This document shows, in pieces, positions 41,886 through 58,605 of a stretch of 64,000 nt of DNA. The position numbers and the translations under genes are program-made. Origin of the DNA: Felis catus. Taxonomy: Eukaryota. The first letter of the stretch is position 1. Each line of letters starts with the position of its first letter. The stretch is from positions 114,762,001 to 114,826,000 of the forward strand of contig NC_058377.1 of the NCBI RefSeq assembly GCF_018350175.1, read 5' to 3'. The notes under the pieces are model-generated. The model did no database searches. It worked only from the letters and a program-made list of their open reading frames with translations, and was not told the origin of the DNA.

Positions 41886-41891
41886 TTTATT
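41886..41891 (-). terminator. CRACR2B poly(A) signal AATAAA
   Basis: tttatt on +, about 240 nt after the stop, followed on the minus strand by GU-rich sequence. Confidence 0.75.
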
Positions 41892-42131
41892 AGGAGGAGG
41901 GAGTTTTTCTGCTGGTCAGAGATGGATTTGATGGGATGGGACAGGATGAGGCCCCGCAGGGGGGCACGTGAGACTCCGACCGCCCCACCACTCCCTGGGT
42001 AGTTCCTTCATGTCTGCATGCAGGCAGGCCTGCAGTGCCCTGAGCAGAGCCCGAATGCTGGATGGGCCATGACGCCTCGCCTTCGAGGGGTGGCCTCTCC
42101 GAGGGATGCCCAGTGAGTCTCTGGGGGATGG

Positions 42132-44395
42132 TCAGCGGGCACTGGGAAGGTGGCCAGAACCACATCTTGGGGGGCGAGCCCAGCTGCAGCAGCAGCAACA
42201 GCAGCACGTGGGGCCCGGCATGCGAGCCATGGCCAGAGCTTTCCTTCGACCGCTGGCTAACCGCTTGGCCTCACAAGCATCCCTCTCATCCCGTAGCCTC
42301 GCATTCAGCTCCCTGGGGAAGGGGAGTCCAAGGGCTCTGAGAGGCAGCATTCCTGGGGCAAGGGGGGAATGCGGGCTCTGCTGTCCCTCAGACGGGGTGC
42401 CTGGCTGTGGATGCCCCCGAGGGATGGGGGACAGACATGAGGACGGACTGCCTCCCAACAGGATGAGGCCGTGGTCGGGAACGTTTGAGAGCTAGGATAC
42501 CCCAAACTGTGTGGGGCCCCTCCCCTCCGGCCTGCGCCTGACCGCACCTGAGGAGTCCCAGTTGCCGCAGGAGGCTGAGCTTCTCCTTTTGCATGTTCCT
42601 CGACACAGCGACCACATCTCTGCAAGAGAGAGGTGATGACCTGGGTGCCGGGAGGCTCCTCGGCGCGCCCCACGACCCTGACCCACGCAGACCCTGAGGG
42701 CTGGGCCGGGACGGGGGATGGGGATGGGAGTGGCCCGGACCGAGCCCCCAAAGCTATTCCCGCCCCGCCCCGCCTCACCCGCCGGCCGCAGCCCCTCCCC
42801 GGGCCCGCCCCTGATGGTCCGCCTCCCCCCCCCACCCCCCGCTTCCCAGGCACCGTAGGGCTTGCTCCTGGCGGCTCCGCAAGTCGCCCTCCAGCCTGTG
42901 GAGCTGCTCCTGCGTCCCCTCCAGCTGCGTTCGTAGCGCCTCGTTGGCTAGCCACAGCTGGGCGTTCTGCGCCTGCACCTCCAGCTGCTCGCTGGCCCGG
43001 GCCTGCAGCTGCTGTTCCAGCTGCGGGATGTGGGCGGGGGGTGGGGGGGCAGTGCAAGCTGGGGAGGACCCCTCCACCTCTTCTTCGGGGTGCTGCGCTT
43101 GCCCCTGACTCCCAGTAATTCCGGGGTCGGGGACACTGAGGCACCGGGACCTCAAGTGTACCAGAGAGTGCACGGGTGACGGCGGGGATAGGGCCCCGCG
43201 CTGGGTCTGTCAGCACCCCAACCCTGCAGGGGCGGGTGGGGGGCCACTCACCTCCCGCTGCCGCAGGCCTGCCCGCTCCAGCTCCTGCTCGCGGTCCTGC
43301 AGCTCCAGCTCCAGGAGGCCTGTGCGCTCCTCCCGGGGGAGGTCCTGGGATGTGCGGGGAGCTCCTGAGCCCAGGCGGGCGGGGGAGGGGCACGCGCCGG
43401 GAGAGGGGCCGGGTGGAGCCAATTTTGAGGGGGCGGGGCCATGAGACAAGCGCGTCTGGGATTGGGCCGGGGCGGGGGCGGGGCTTGGGGCCCACCTGAC
43501 TCCGGAGACGCTGGCGCTGCTCGCGAAGCTGCTGCTCCGTCTCCTCGTACAGACACCGCACCTCCCTCTGGTGCTCGCTTTCCCGCCTTCGAGGACGGAG
43601 TGGGGCGGGGACTGCTGTTTGAGCCCGCCGGCACCACAGACCCCAGTCTCGCCTCTACCGCCTCCCGAGCCCAGCCGCCCAGGCCCCATTCCTCACCGCC
43701 GCAGCGCCTGCTCCAGGCCGTCCCGCTCTCGGGCTGCCTCCTCCAGGCAGGCCGACGCGCGCACCAGAACGTCCTCGAAGGAGCCCAGCAGCTCGGGTCG
43801 CTCGCGCTGCAATCGGGTCCAGAATGTCCGCACCGCTCGCTGCCTGCAGGGGGAGGACAGGGGCTGAGGCTGAAGCGGGGGCTCCCTGACCCCATCCCTA
43901 AGGGTAAGCCGTCTGGAGACACCTGCAGCCCTGGATAGACCAGCCGCGTTCGCCTCCTGAAATGCAAATTTTGCGGGAAATCACGCTCAGCCCCTCCCAG
44001 GTGTCACAGCTGACGGAGAACGACTGGGCCCGTCCCAGCCTAGGGACCCCGGCTGGAACAGACACGCGGGGCAGTGTGGACAGGCAGCATGCAGAGGGGG
44101 AGGCAGCAGAGGAGGGAACTGGGGGCCGAGTCAGCGCCAACTCACTCGCCCAGGACTGGGGCCACCCCCAGCTGCTCCAGCGCTTCCCGGAATCTCTCCT
44201 CCTCCTCTTCTTCCAGGGAGCCCCCAGTGCCCTGCACATCTGACCAGCCCGACTCGAAGGTTTCCTCTGGAGCCTGGGAGGGCGGTGTGCTCTGGGCTGA
44301 CTCCACCCCCACAAACTTCCCTGTGGGCATGGGAAGGTAAGATTATCAAAGCTGTAGGTTAGCACCCTGGCTCAGCCGCCACTCACCACCCCCCA

Positions 44396-44443
<48 letters not shown>

Positions 44444-45176
44444 CCTGTCCTTATTCTGAGCCCAGTTTCCTGTTTTTCTTTCCTTATCCTGGTCAGACTC
44501 GTGGCTTAGGAATGGGAGGTGACAGCCGGGCCAGAACGGGGCAAGCCTGGCACCCGGCCCCACCTGGGTTTGGCACGGATGGGAGGGGGTCGGGTAGCAG
44601 GAGGGGCAGCTCCATACATCGCCTGGCGGTGGGGGGGGCTTCCTCAGGGGCCTGTGTGCACTGACACTAGTGTGTGTTCCGCAGGGACACGACGGAGAGT
44701 CACAGGCCGCCATCTGTGTCTGCTGTGGACTCCAGAGCCACATGTGCCACCGGAGGGTCTCTGGGCAACGGGGTGGGGCGGGGGAGGGGGGCTCCGCTCA
44801 CCCAGGCCGAGGCAGAACTCCCAAGCCGTGAGGAAGCCGGTGCCGGCCTGATCCAGGCTCTCGAACACAGCCTCTAGCTGCTCCGGTGTGAGGGGCACGT
44901 CGTTCTGCAGGCCCTAGCCAGGCAAGGGTGGCAGGGCTGAGTAGCCAAGGTCGCCCCCGGCTGGGCAGCCTCTTGGGACTGGGGATTCACCTGCAGGTCA
45001 TGCCGTGTGAGGAAGCCCTTGGCGTCTTTGTCACACAGCAGAAACAGCTCCTGGGCCTGCTCCAGCGTCTCTGCCCGTGGCCTCCCGGAGCCCCCTTCTT
45101 CCTCTCCCTCCTCCTGCCGGTCCTCCCCGGCCCCGGGCTTCCGGGGCCTGGCCTTGGGAGTGGGGGTCTCGGCCAT
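42132..45176 (-). CDS. CRACR2B: EF-hand calcium-binding domain protein 4A / CRAC channel regulator 2B, 407 aa
   Basis: Coding exons (-): 45176-44991, 44913-44802, 44320-44146, 43843-43697, 43586-43496, 43344-43252, 43020-42854, 42619-42548, 42312-42132; total 1224 nt with consistent phases. Two EF-hand-like loops ([12 protein letters not shown]; [12 protein letters not shown]), long coiled coil, C-terminal [25 protein letters not shown]. Start codon less certain. Confidence 0.93.
44397..44442. repeat. (CA)~23 microsatellite in CRACR2B intron
   Basis: Seen directly. Confidence 0.97.
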
Positions 45177-45699
45177 CACGTGCTGCAAAAGCCAAGGAAG
45201 AGTCAGGGCCTAAGCAGAAACGAGAAGGGAGAAGGGAAGGCAGAGAGGCTGTGGGTGAGGGCTAGGCTGGGGTGCTGGGGTCCCGGAGTGAGCAGCGGGG
45301 CCTCCTTCCACCAGGCGGGAAGGCGGGAGAAGGCTCCACAGAGGTCCAGAGAGGAAGGTAGCTGGGGGCAGAACCGTGCTGCAGACAGGGGTGTCGTGGG
45401 TGGGGTGGGGCAGGCTCACGGCCTGTGGAGGCTGCGTGGGGGGGAGGGGAGCCGGTTCAGGAGAGGACCTGGGGGAGGGGCAACCCGCAGTGGGGTGGCG
45501 GGGAGTGGTGAGGGTGGGGAGGCAGCTACAGGAGAAACTTGTGATGCAAAATAAGGAGGTAGGGGCTCCGGGGCCGCTGAGGGGAGAGAGCTTGGGTGAC
45601 GGACTGGCCAGCGAGGGGAGGAGCTGAGCAGGCCCTGAAGGTGGGCACCTGGAGACCTGGCTGACCGGGCCGGGCCAGCTGGAGCGTTCAGACAGTCCC

Positions 45700-46760
45700 G
45701 GCCGGGTCCTAGCCCCCGAGTCTGGGCCTCAGCGCCCTCGGCCGCCGGGCGGCCGGCAGGCGGTGTCTGCTCCTGCCCTTCTGCCGCCGCCCCTCCCTCC
45801 GGGCCCCGGGCCCCAAGGGGTGCGGGTGCAGGGTCTCAGCCTGGAGCACCGGTGACTTCCACTGGCCTTGCCGGGAACGCGCCAGATTCTAGGCTTGATG
45901 GCCCTCCCCCTGGCACGAGGCCCCTCTGCCCCCTCCGGGTCGCTGCAACCTCCTCAGCCCCCCCACCTCCCACCCCGCATGGCGCTCCGCCCCCTAATCA
46001 GACCCACCTGTGGTCCCCCCGGGCGCCCAGGCCCCGGATTTCCCAAAGCTAACCCCCAGCCTGGGGGATTCTGGGATCCTCTCCCCTCCGTCCGGGACCC
46101 TAATTTTCCCTCCGCGCCCATACTCCAGGAGCGGCAGGAGGGCGCAGTGTCCAAAGAGGGCAGGTGTGAGGAAGGGCGGGAGGAGGCGGTCGGGGGACCG
46201 GAGTCGTCTCCCCCCGCACGCCGTCGCCTCACCCCTGCGGGAGCGCCACCCCCACCGGCGGCCCGCGGGCTCCCCGGGGCCAGAGGTCCATCCCAGCCGG
46301 AAGCTGCGCGGCGCCGGGCCGGGGGAGCGGGGCCCACTGGCCGGCCGGGTCCCGCCAACCGCCGCGCCCACCGCCGCTCGGCCCCTCCCGGGCACCGGAG
46401 GGTCGGCGCGTCCCTCGGCGACCGCAGGGTGGGGCGCGGCGGCGGGACCCGCGAGGCGCCTACCTGCGAGCTGCGCCGCCGCACCTGCCGCGAGGCCCCG
46501 CGGCTCCTCCGGGAAGGCGGCGGGGGGCGCGGGCGCGGAGCGGCTGCTGCTGCCCCGCGGGAAACGGAGACCCCGGCGTGGGCGGCCCCGGGCGGAGCCG
46601 CCGCCGCCACTGTCGCCGTGTCTCCGCCTCTCCGCGCGGCCCCGGCCTCCTACTCCTTGCCCGGCCCCCGCGTGCGGCCCCCAGCCGCCCCCCGCGTCTG
46701 TCCCGGCAGAGCTGAGTTCACGTCGGGGCGGAGATGACCCCGGTGGCTTGGGAACCCCTC
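45700..46760 (-). promoter_or_regulatory. CpG island, probable CRACR2B promoter and first exon (donor CAG|GTAGGC, exon ends 46464)
   Basis: CpG-dense block ~1.3 kb upstream of the ATG exon, which has its own acceptor (ttttgcAG|CACGTGATG, exon start 45182). Confidence 0.65.
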
Positions 46761-47925
46761 CTGAGCAGGGCCGAGGCGAGTAGGGTGGGGCTGTCCCGAG
46801 GATCCCGATTTAAGGCGCCAAAAAAGTGTGTGCAGGACCAAGCCGGGCAGGAGGCAGAGCAAGGTATTTTCAACGGTCATCGCCAGGAGTGGGGGCGGGC
46901 ACTCTGCCTATGCTTCCCCAGTTGTGGTCTTTCCCGTGGTTCAACAGTTAGCAGGGAATATATTACAAAATGGTGCGTGCATCCGCTGCCTCGGCGTAAG
47001 GCGTGTACAAGTGGGGTGGGGGCGCAAAGGAGCCCCCACCCCCGCCCATGGTGGCCTGCCCCCAAGCTGTCCTTTTGGGGCACAGCCTTGACTCCGGTTC
47101 CCCTTGCGGGCGAGCTGGGAGAGGGAGCTGGGCGGGACTCGCACGTGACCTTCCTGCCGGGGGAGAGACCCCATTCTCTTGCGGAAGGCCCCCCCGCCCC
47201 AGCCCCAGCCCCAGCCCCAGCCCAGCCCCTGAACCCACCTGGGAGGTGGTCGGGGGTCTGGAGGCCTCTGCTCCTGCAGGGGCCTGGGATCCTGCTGAAC
47301 TAGAACAGGTTGGGCCTACGGGACGGGAACTGGAGAGCGAGCGGGGGGCGGCTCCCGGCACCGGGGACCTGCCCGGCCGGCTCTCCCAGTCGTGCAGTCC
47401 CTACCGTTATTGTTGGCCGGGGCCTGCCAGCGCCCAAGAGCTCCGGACAGCCAGCCAACCACCCGGCTCTGCTCCAGTGCCCCTCCCCCATGGGCCCTTT
47501 TTGGTCACCAGGAAGGGCTGGCTGCACCCCCTCAGACTGGCCAGGGCAGAGGACGCCTTCAGGAAACCATGTCCCACAGAACAAGGTCCAGCCTCCTCTG
47601 GGTCAGACCTCACCCTGCCTGACGTTCCAGACCCGACCTACGTATCTGCAGGGGTCATAGGGGTGTGGTGGGAGGGGGACACGCGATGGAGAATGTGTGT
47701 GCACTGGCCGGTGAGGTTTGCCTTGATAAGGGGAGGCCCAGCGCCCTGCGAAGAGCCTTGTGCCACATGCCCACAGTGGGGCAGGCCCCGTGGCTCCCAG
47801 GTCCCCAGGCCTCAGCTTGGGAACCTCGCCCTCCACCGCCCTCCCAGCCTGAGGTCAGCCCCACACCACCTGTGTCACCATGGAGTGGAGATGCGGACAC
47901 CACCTTTGGTAAGCATTTCTCAGTT

Positions 47926-48182
47926 TTTATTTAGTGAGGATCTTGGTCCCGGCATTTCCGCCGGCCCTTGGAAAGCTGTGCCCAAGGGTCGGGCAGCACA
48001 CCTCCGGGCAAAGTGAGGCAAACACAGCAGTCCCAGGCGGAGAAGTGGGCTAGAACCTGGGCCCACCAGGGCCTTTAGGGGAAGGCCTCAGGCCCGGAAT
48101 GCCAGGCTGGAGGACAGTAGGGCCCCTGTGGCCCGGGAGTCACACGCAGTGAGAGAGGCGGGGCCGAGCTGTGGCATTTATT
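47926..48182 (-). terminator. PNPLA2 tandem poly(A) signals (AATAAA at 48182-48177 and 47931-47926)
   Basis: Two tttatt on + downstream of the stop at 48663; the proximal one is preceded by AU-rich AAUUAUUUAUUUU. Confidence 0.7.
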
Positions 48183-48662
48183 ATATCTGCTTTGGCGAAA
48201 ATAAATAATTCTTCACAAACGTTCTTCTCTGGCAAAACTTGCCGAATGAGGGAGGCGCAGGTGCAAAGCTCTAGGGAGTAATACTGCTCGGACTGGGGGA
48301 CGCTGGGCTGGGCTGGGCTGGGGGGGGCGGGGGGTGGGGTGCAGCCCAGCCCTCCTCCCCAGCCCTGGGGCAGGGCCTGAGGGGGAGATAAAGGCACAGG
48401 TGAGGGGAGGGGTACCCCTCTTTCTTCAGCGCAGCAACAGAGTGGTCGGTGGAGGGGTCGACGGCAAGTCCCCTTCTAGCAGCTGTGAGGGGCCCCTTGT
48501 CCTGACTCCTGCGGTGGTCATGGAGAGAGGCCCAGGAGGGGGGATCTCAGCCCGCCCCAGGGCCCCCACCTCACGGGGCAGGGAAGCTGGGGGACCCAGC
48601 CCTCAGCACCGGGACCCCAGGGGGCTGGGGAAGGGCGGAGCAGGGTGGGGTGGGGGGAACAC

Positions 48663-53480
<4,818 letters not shown>

Positions 53481-54894
53481 CTACAACACCCACTCAGGAC
53501 ACTGAGGAGCTCGCCCCAGGGCAAGGACCCCAGGACTCATCCACAGACTGACTCATAAGTATCTAGGGCTGGAGGCGAATCACACACAACTCCCAGAGCT
53601 AACACTAGTGCTATAGACCCCAACCTGACGCCCAGGCCCTAGCCGCCCGCGGGGGCGGCCCCTCCATAGCTAGGAGCTAACCAGGGTTCTACGTGGGTAA
53701 GAGTCAGGCCCTCCCCTACCCCCCCCCCCCCCCTGCTAATTGCCCCAGCAGGTGGAGCACTCCTGTGATGTCACCCTCACACCCTTCCGCATTTTTCTCC
53801 TGGAGTGTAGGGCAGGCATAGTCTGGCTTGGAGCCAGGAGCCAGCCCTGCACCTCACCCCACCTTCCAGACAAGGGGCTGGTCTGTGCTGGGGTGGTGGG
53901 ATGCCTCTGCCTTCTCAGGAACACCCACACCCTAGGCAGAAGCCGGTGCCAGGGCTGTGGAGGTCTGGGCTGCGGCTCAGGACTGCACCCTCCACCCCCT
54001 TCAGGCCCAGGCTGAGAAGCCAGAGCAGGGCTTCCCCAGGACGGGACCATCTGGGTCATGCTGTCCATCCCTCAGCCTCTGTGCTCTCAGCCACCCATAC
54101 TTGGCACCAATGGTGTGTCTGACAGAGGGACTGCACAGGATAGAGCAGTGGAGCGGGGTCAGTCCAGACCCAGCCCTATTTGAGGGGTGGGGGGAGACAT
54201 TGTTTACATAAGCTCAAAATGAGGACTGATGGGGGACCGGGGGCGGAGGGCACAGGACTGCCTAGGCTGCAGGACAGCACGCACAAAGGGGTGGGGAGGG
54301 GAGCCCAGACCCGGGTATTGGGAGAGAGGACAACAGGAGATATTTAACTGAATTTGACTTAGACCAATTGACCTTCTCTTGCACATGGGGACCCTAACCC
54401 CCAAGTGCCTTGGATGGATGTACAGTGCAGAGACTATGGCCCCATCAGGATGATCAAGGCGCCTTCTGACTGAGACCTTGGGGAAGCTGCTGGAAGCGGC
54501 AGGGGGCAGGAGGTATGGTACAGTGGGGATGAAGCACACCCCAAAGCTGGCCTGGAAAGCTCAGGGGTTCACCAGGGTGACCACCAAGAGGTGCAGGCTG
54601 AGCCAGGGACCTGCTCCAAGGACAAGCCAGGGTCCAGGCCCTTCCTGCTTCTGAGGGACTGTGGGGCCTTGAAGGGTGGCCCTGCCCCAGTGCCGGGAGA
54701 CCTCTGCCCCCATTTCCACATCAGAGCTGCACTGTTTTGGATACACATCCCTCTCTCCAGGCCCCTGGGACTATCTGCTCTGGAGCCAGGAACATAGCAG
54801 CACTTCCAGGAACCCTGGCTGGGGGTGGGAGGTGGCCCCCCTCCCTCCCAGTGTGGATGAAAACCCTGGTGTTTGCTGTGTAATCACATAAAAA

Positions 54895-55045
54895 AAATAT
54901 TTTGAAAGAGGGCACATGTGAGCACGTGGGGAAGAAGGCAGGGGAAGAATCCCAAGATGTGGGGCTGGATCCCAGGAACTGTGAGATCTATATCAGAGCT
55001 GAAATCAATAGGACCCTCAACCATCTGAGCCACCCAGGTGCCCCT
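54895..55045 (-). mobile_element. Diverged Can-SINE
   Basis: Ends on + with ctcaaccatctgagccacccaggtgcccct, the reverse complement of a SINE head. Confidence 0.8.
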
Positions 55046-55840
55046 AAAAGGTGGTTTTACTCAAGCAGAGGTACGGGACCCGAGCATGTAAGTACTGACC
55101 AGCTGTGTAATCATTCTGCCAGGCGGGTGTCATGCTTCCAATCCCACACAGGACCCTTCTCTTCCCGGTCTAAGGTCTGCCCACGGACTTTAGGCCCCCT
55201 CCTCCAGGGAACCTGGGGCATCCACAACGCCACCCTCCTTGCCCCTTACAGCACATGCTGCTGGAACACGTGCGGTGACGCCTCGTGGCCCGTGTCCCAC
55301 CGACCACAGGAGCGGGTTCTACCTCCTCCCCCAAACCCGAGTCCCACGCTAGTCCCCACTCCTCTGGGTAACCAGGAGGGCCTCAGGCCTTCTTTCTTAC
55401 ATCCATCCCATACACACTCCTGTCCCACAGGCCTCATCCTCCCTCCCTGAGAGGCCCTCCACCCCCAGACGTTCCTTTTATGCTCCTTCCTTACCTGTTC
55501 CCTGCAGAACAACCCACAAGGACGTCAGAGCTGTAGCCTGGCACGAGATGCACATACAGTACAGCCCGGTGCTGACCCAGAGCCATCAGAGTGTCTACTG
55601 AGTGGTCTGGCATGGGTGGGCAGAGGACCTGAGGCCCAGAAGACTATAAACCACTGCAGGGCCAGGATGGTGGCTGGATGGGCACGGGCAGGCCTGCCCC
55701 TGGACTTAGGGGGCACATGGCCCAACATCACTGACTACGAGCCCCTTCCTCATCTGGCCAGACGGTCAGATAGCTGTGGTAACCAAGCCTCAGAGCAGGA
55801 ACGTGACTGCCCCGTTGCTGAGATTAAAAATGGAGCTTGA

Positions 55841-56060
55841 GGGGCGCCTGGGTGGCGCAGTCGGTTAAGTGTCCGACTTCAGCCAGGTCACGATCTCGCG
55901 GTCCGTGAGTTCGAGCCCCGCGTCAGGCTCTGGGCTGATGGCTCGGAGCCTGGAGCCTGTTTCTGATTCTGTGTCTCCCTCTCTCTCTGCCCCTCCCCCG
56001 TTCATGCTCTGTCTCTCTCTGTCCCAAAAATAAAAATAAATGTTGATAATAAATAAATAA

Positions 56061-56092
<32 letters not shown>
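55841..56092 (+). mobile_element. Young full-length feline-type SINE (SINEC_Fc-like) with target-site duplication and (ATAA)n(ATAG)8 tail
   Basis: ggggcgcctgggtggcgcagtcggttaag...gttcgagccccgcgtc...ctctctctctgcccctcccccgttcatgctctgtctctctctgtcccaaaaataaa; TSD tggagcttga at 55831-55840 and 56093-56102. Confidence 0.95.
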
Positions 56093-56625
56093 TGGAGCTT
56101 GAACATGAACTGGAGCCCAGACCCCACAGGAAAACCTACAGATCGCACACGCACCACCACACCTCTTTCTCGTGTGTAACTGAAAAATGCTACCAGTCTT
56201 GGGGCAACTGCTGGCCTCCACCAGCCAGAGCCTCCTGTGAGCACTGCAGACCACCCACTGCCTTTGAAGTGTTCCTGTGTGTCTCCTGAAAGCTTCAGTT
56301 CCTGGGGAGGCCCCGGCAGTCCTCAGGAGTCAGGACTGTGCCCAAGAAGGCTTACGTCCCCTCCAGAGCCTACTCAAGGATTGGCGCACCCTAGATCCAT
56401 AGGAGGTGCCCCCCCCATCCCAGGTACCCATCTCTGCACCAGATCCCCAGTTCCTCACGTCACCAGGAAGGGCTTGGGTTTCTCCTGGAATGAAGGCCTG
56501 CCCACCCACGGTGGGACCCCCTCTTCCCCCACACCTGCCCTGTGCCAAGGCCGCACTCTTACAAAACACTCACAGGTGGCTCAAAAAATACGTAAAAAGG
56601 GTTTTATTTGCAGGAGAGCAGGACT

Positions 56626-58605
56626 CTAATCAAACAAGCCAAATCCCATGTCATCATCCGACTCCTCTGATTCTTCCTTCTTCTCGTCTTTCTTCTCCTC
56701 TGCTGTGGGGAGGAAGGGCACAGTGAGCAAGGCCCACAGCGCATGCCAGATTCCCAGCAGAGACCCTGCCCCAGCCTCCACTTACCTGCAGCTGGGGTGG
56801 AACCAGCAGCGGGAGCTGCAGATCCTGGGGCAGCAGAGACGGCCACCGCCCCACCAGCAGGCACACTGGCCAGCTTGCCAATACCTATGGAAGTCAGGGG
56901 AGAGGAGATCAGAGCAGGTGCTCGCCTGAAGGCCCCTTGGGGGTGGACAAGACGGTCTGCCCGATATAGGGACACATCACCAAGTGCCAGCGTCACAAGC
57001 TTCTCTGTCCTCCCACACAGGCGGCTCTGCCTCTGCCACATACACGCACCCCAGCCCCCTCCAATGTCCTGTCTGGAAACTGTCTAGGAATCCCTCCCTG
57101 CCCCCCCCCCAAAAACACCCCTGGGTGACCGCACCCACCCCAAAGGAAGCTGGACAAATGCATTTACATCCGGGACAGGACTAAGTCAGCTACCTGGGTC
57201 CAGATCCTCATCCCCAGCTGTTTGCCGAGCTGGCTGTGCCCCATGAAGTACACACACAGGGATAGAACCACCGTCCCAACAGCACCACTTGCAAACAATT
57301 CCATCAGCTGCACCCCCATGCCACCAGAAAACCATCTGCCCGGCAAAGAGGGGCAGGGACCTGTGGTCTCTCCCACACCCAGTCGGTGCTCCCAACCCCC
57401 CGAGAACACATGGTGAGATCTGTTCATAAAACCCTAATTCCCGGCTGTCTGGGTGGCTTAGTCAGTTAATCCGGCTTCGGCTCAGGTCATGATTTTACAG
57501 TTCGTGACACATCGGGCTCTGTGCCGACAGCGCACAGATCCTCTGTCTCCCTCTCCCTCTCACGCACACGTTCTCTTAAAAAATAAGCAAACATTAAAAA
57601 ATATATTTAAAGATGGAAATAATACCCAGTTCCGAACCCTGCAGGTGGGGTGGGCAGCCGGCCGGGTGACAGCACCAGCACCCTCTGCTGCCCTCCCACG
57701 AAGAATGTCTAGAAGCATCCCCGGCACAAGCCCACTGAAGCCTGCTCACTTCTCTGGGTGAGGCTTCTCGAGTGCTCTGGTCCACAAGCGAAACCTGGCA
57801 GGCCACAGGCTGACCGGCAGGGATTAGGATGGACCACGAGAACGAAACCCCCCAGCACACAATCTCACCCTGGGCAATGACGTCTTCGATGTTTTTTCCG
57901 TTCAGCTCACTGATGACCTAGAACCACAACCAGCAGTTACCAGAGGCTCACTACTGCGCCCCACACCCTAACTTCACCTCCTGGAACCAAGCTGCACAGA
58001 GAAAACGCCCCCGAGCCTCGAGCCCTGTCCTGTCCAGCCCAACCCTTATGGCCCGCACGTGCGTTCTCTAATCTAAGCCTGTCGCTAGCGGGAACCGGAC
58101 CACTCCCGGCATTTCCCGAGCAAGAATCGGACAGCATCTCGGTTTATCCTAGCCACACGCCCGAACGTTGTTAGTGAGGCGGATGAAAGACAACGTCATT
58201 AAAACGCGCCCTGCCCTTTCCACTTCTCTAACACAAAGTCACTTGGACGTTTTAAACTGCGCTGTAACTTCCATCTCGGGTCCCCGGAACCAGGCTGGAG
58301 TCCGCCTCACGCCCCCCCCCCCGCCTCACTGTCCCTTCTTTGGGGTCGCAGCAGCCCCACGCCCGCCCCGAGCACACCAAGCCGCGCTTTCTCAAGGGTG
58401 AAACCCGCGCCGCCGAGGCCACAGGCCTCCAAATGCACAGCGTCGGGCCATCCAGGGGCTGCGGGGCCTGCGGGGCGGCTACCTTGTTGAGCCGGTCGTC
58501 GTCCGCCTCGATGCCCACGCTGTCCAGAATCTTCTTGATGTCCTTGGCACTGGGGGAGGCATTGCCCCCGAGGGCGGCCAGCAGATAGGAGGCGACGTAG
58601 CGCAT
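56626..58605 (-). CDS. RPLP2: 60S acidic ribosomal protein P2, 115 aa
   Basis: Coding exons (-): 58605-58483, 57917-57869, 56884-56786, 56702-56626; total 348 nt. MRYVASYLLAALGGN...EESEESDDDMGFGLFD*. AATAAA at 56608-56603; non-coding exon 1 ~58806-58749. Confidence 0.99.
57442..57610 (+). mobile_element. Diverged Can-SINE in RPLP2 intron
   Basis: ctgggtggcttagtcagttaa...ttcggctcaggtcatgat...CT-rich segment...aaaaataagcaaacattaaaaaa. Confidence 0.85.
57703..57836 (-). ncRNA. SNORA52: H/ACA box snoRNA SNORA52 (intronic, RPLP2 host)
   Basis: 134 nt: TGGTCCATCCTAATCCCTGCCGG...GTGGACCA-GAGCA...CTTCTAG-ACA-TTC. 5' hairpin closed by TGGTCCA/TGGACCA, H box AGAGCA, ACA box 3 nt from the end; sequence and host match SNORA52 as recalled. 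Confidence 0.93.

Noticed and set aside
42305-43561. 418-aa minus-strand ORF
   Set aside because: Runs across CRACR2B exons and GC-rich introns; explained by the spliced gene.
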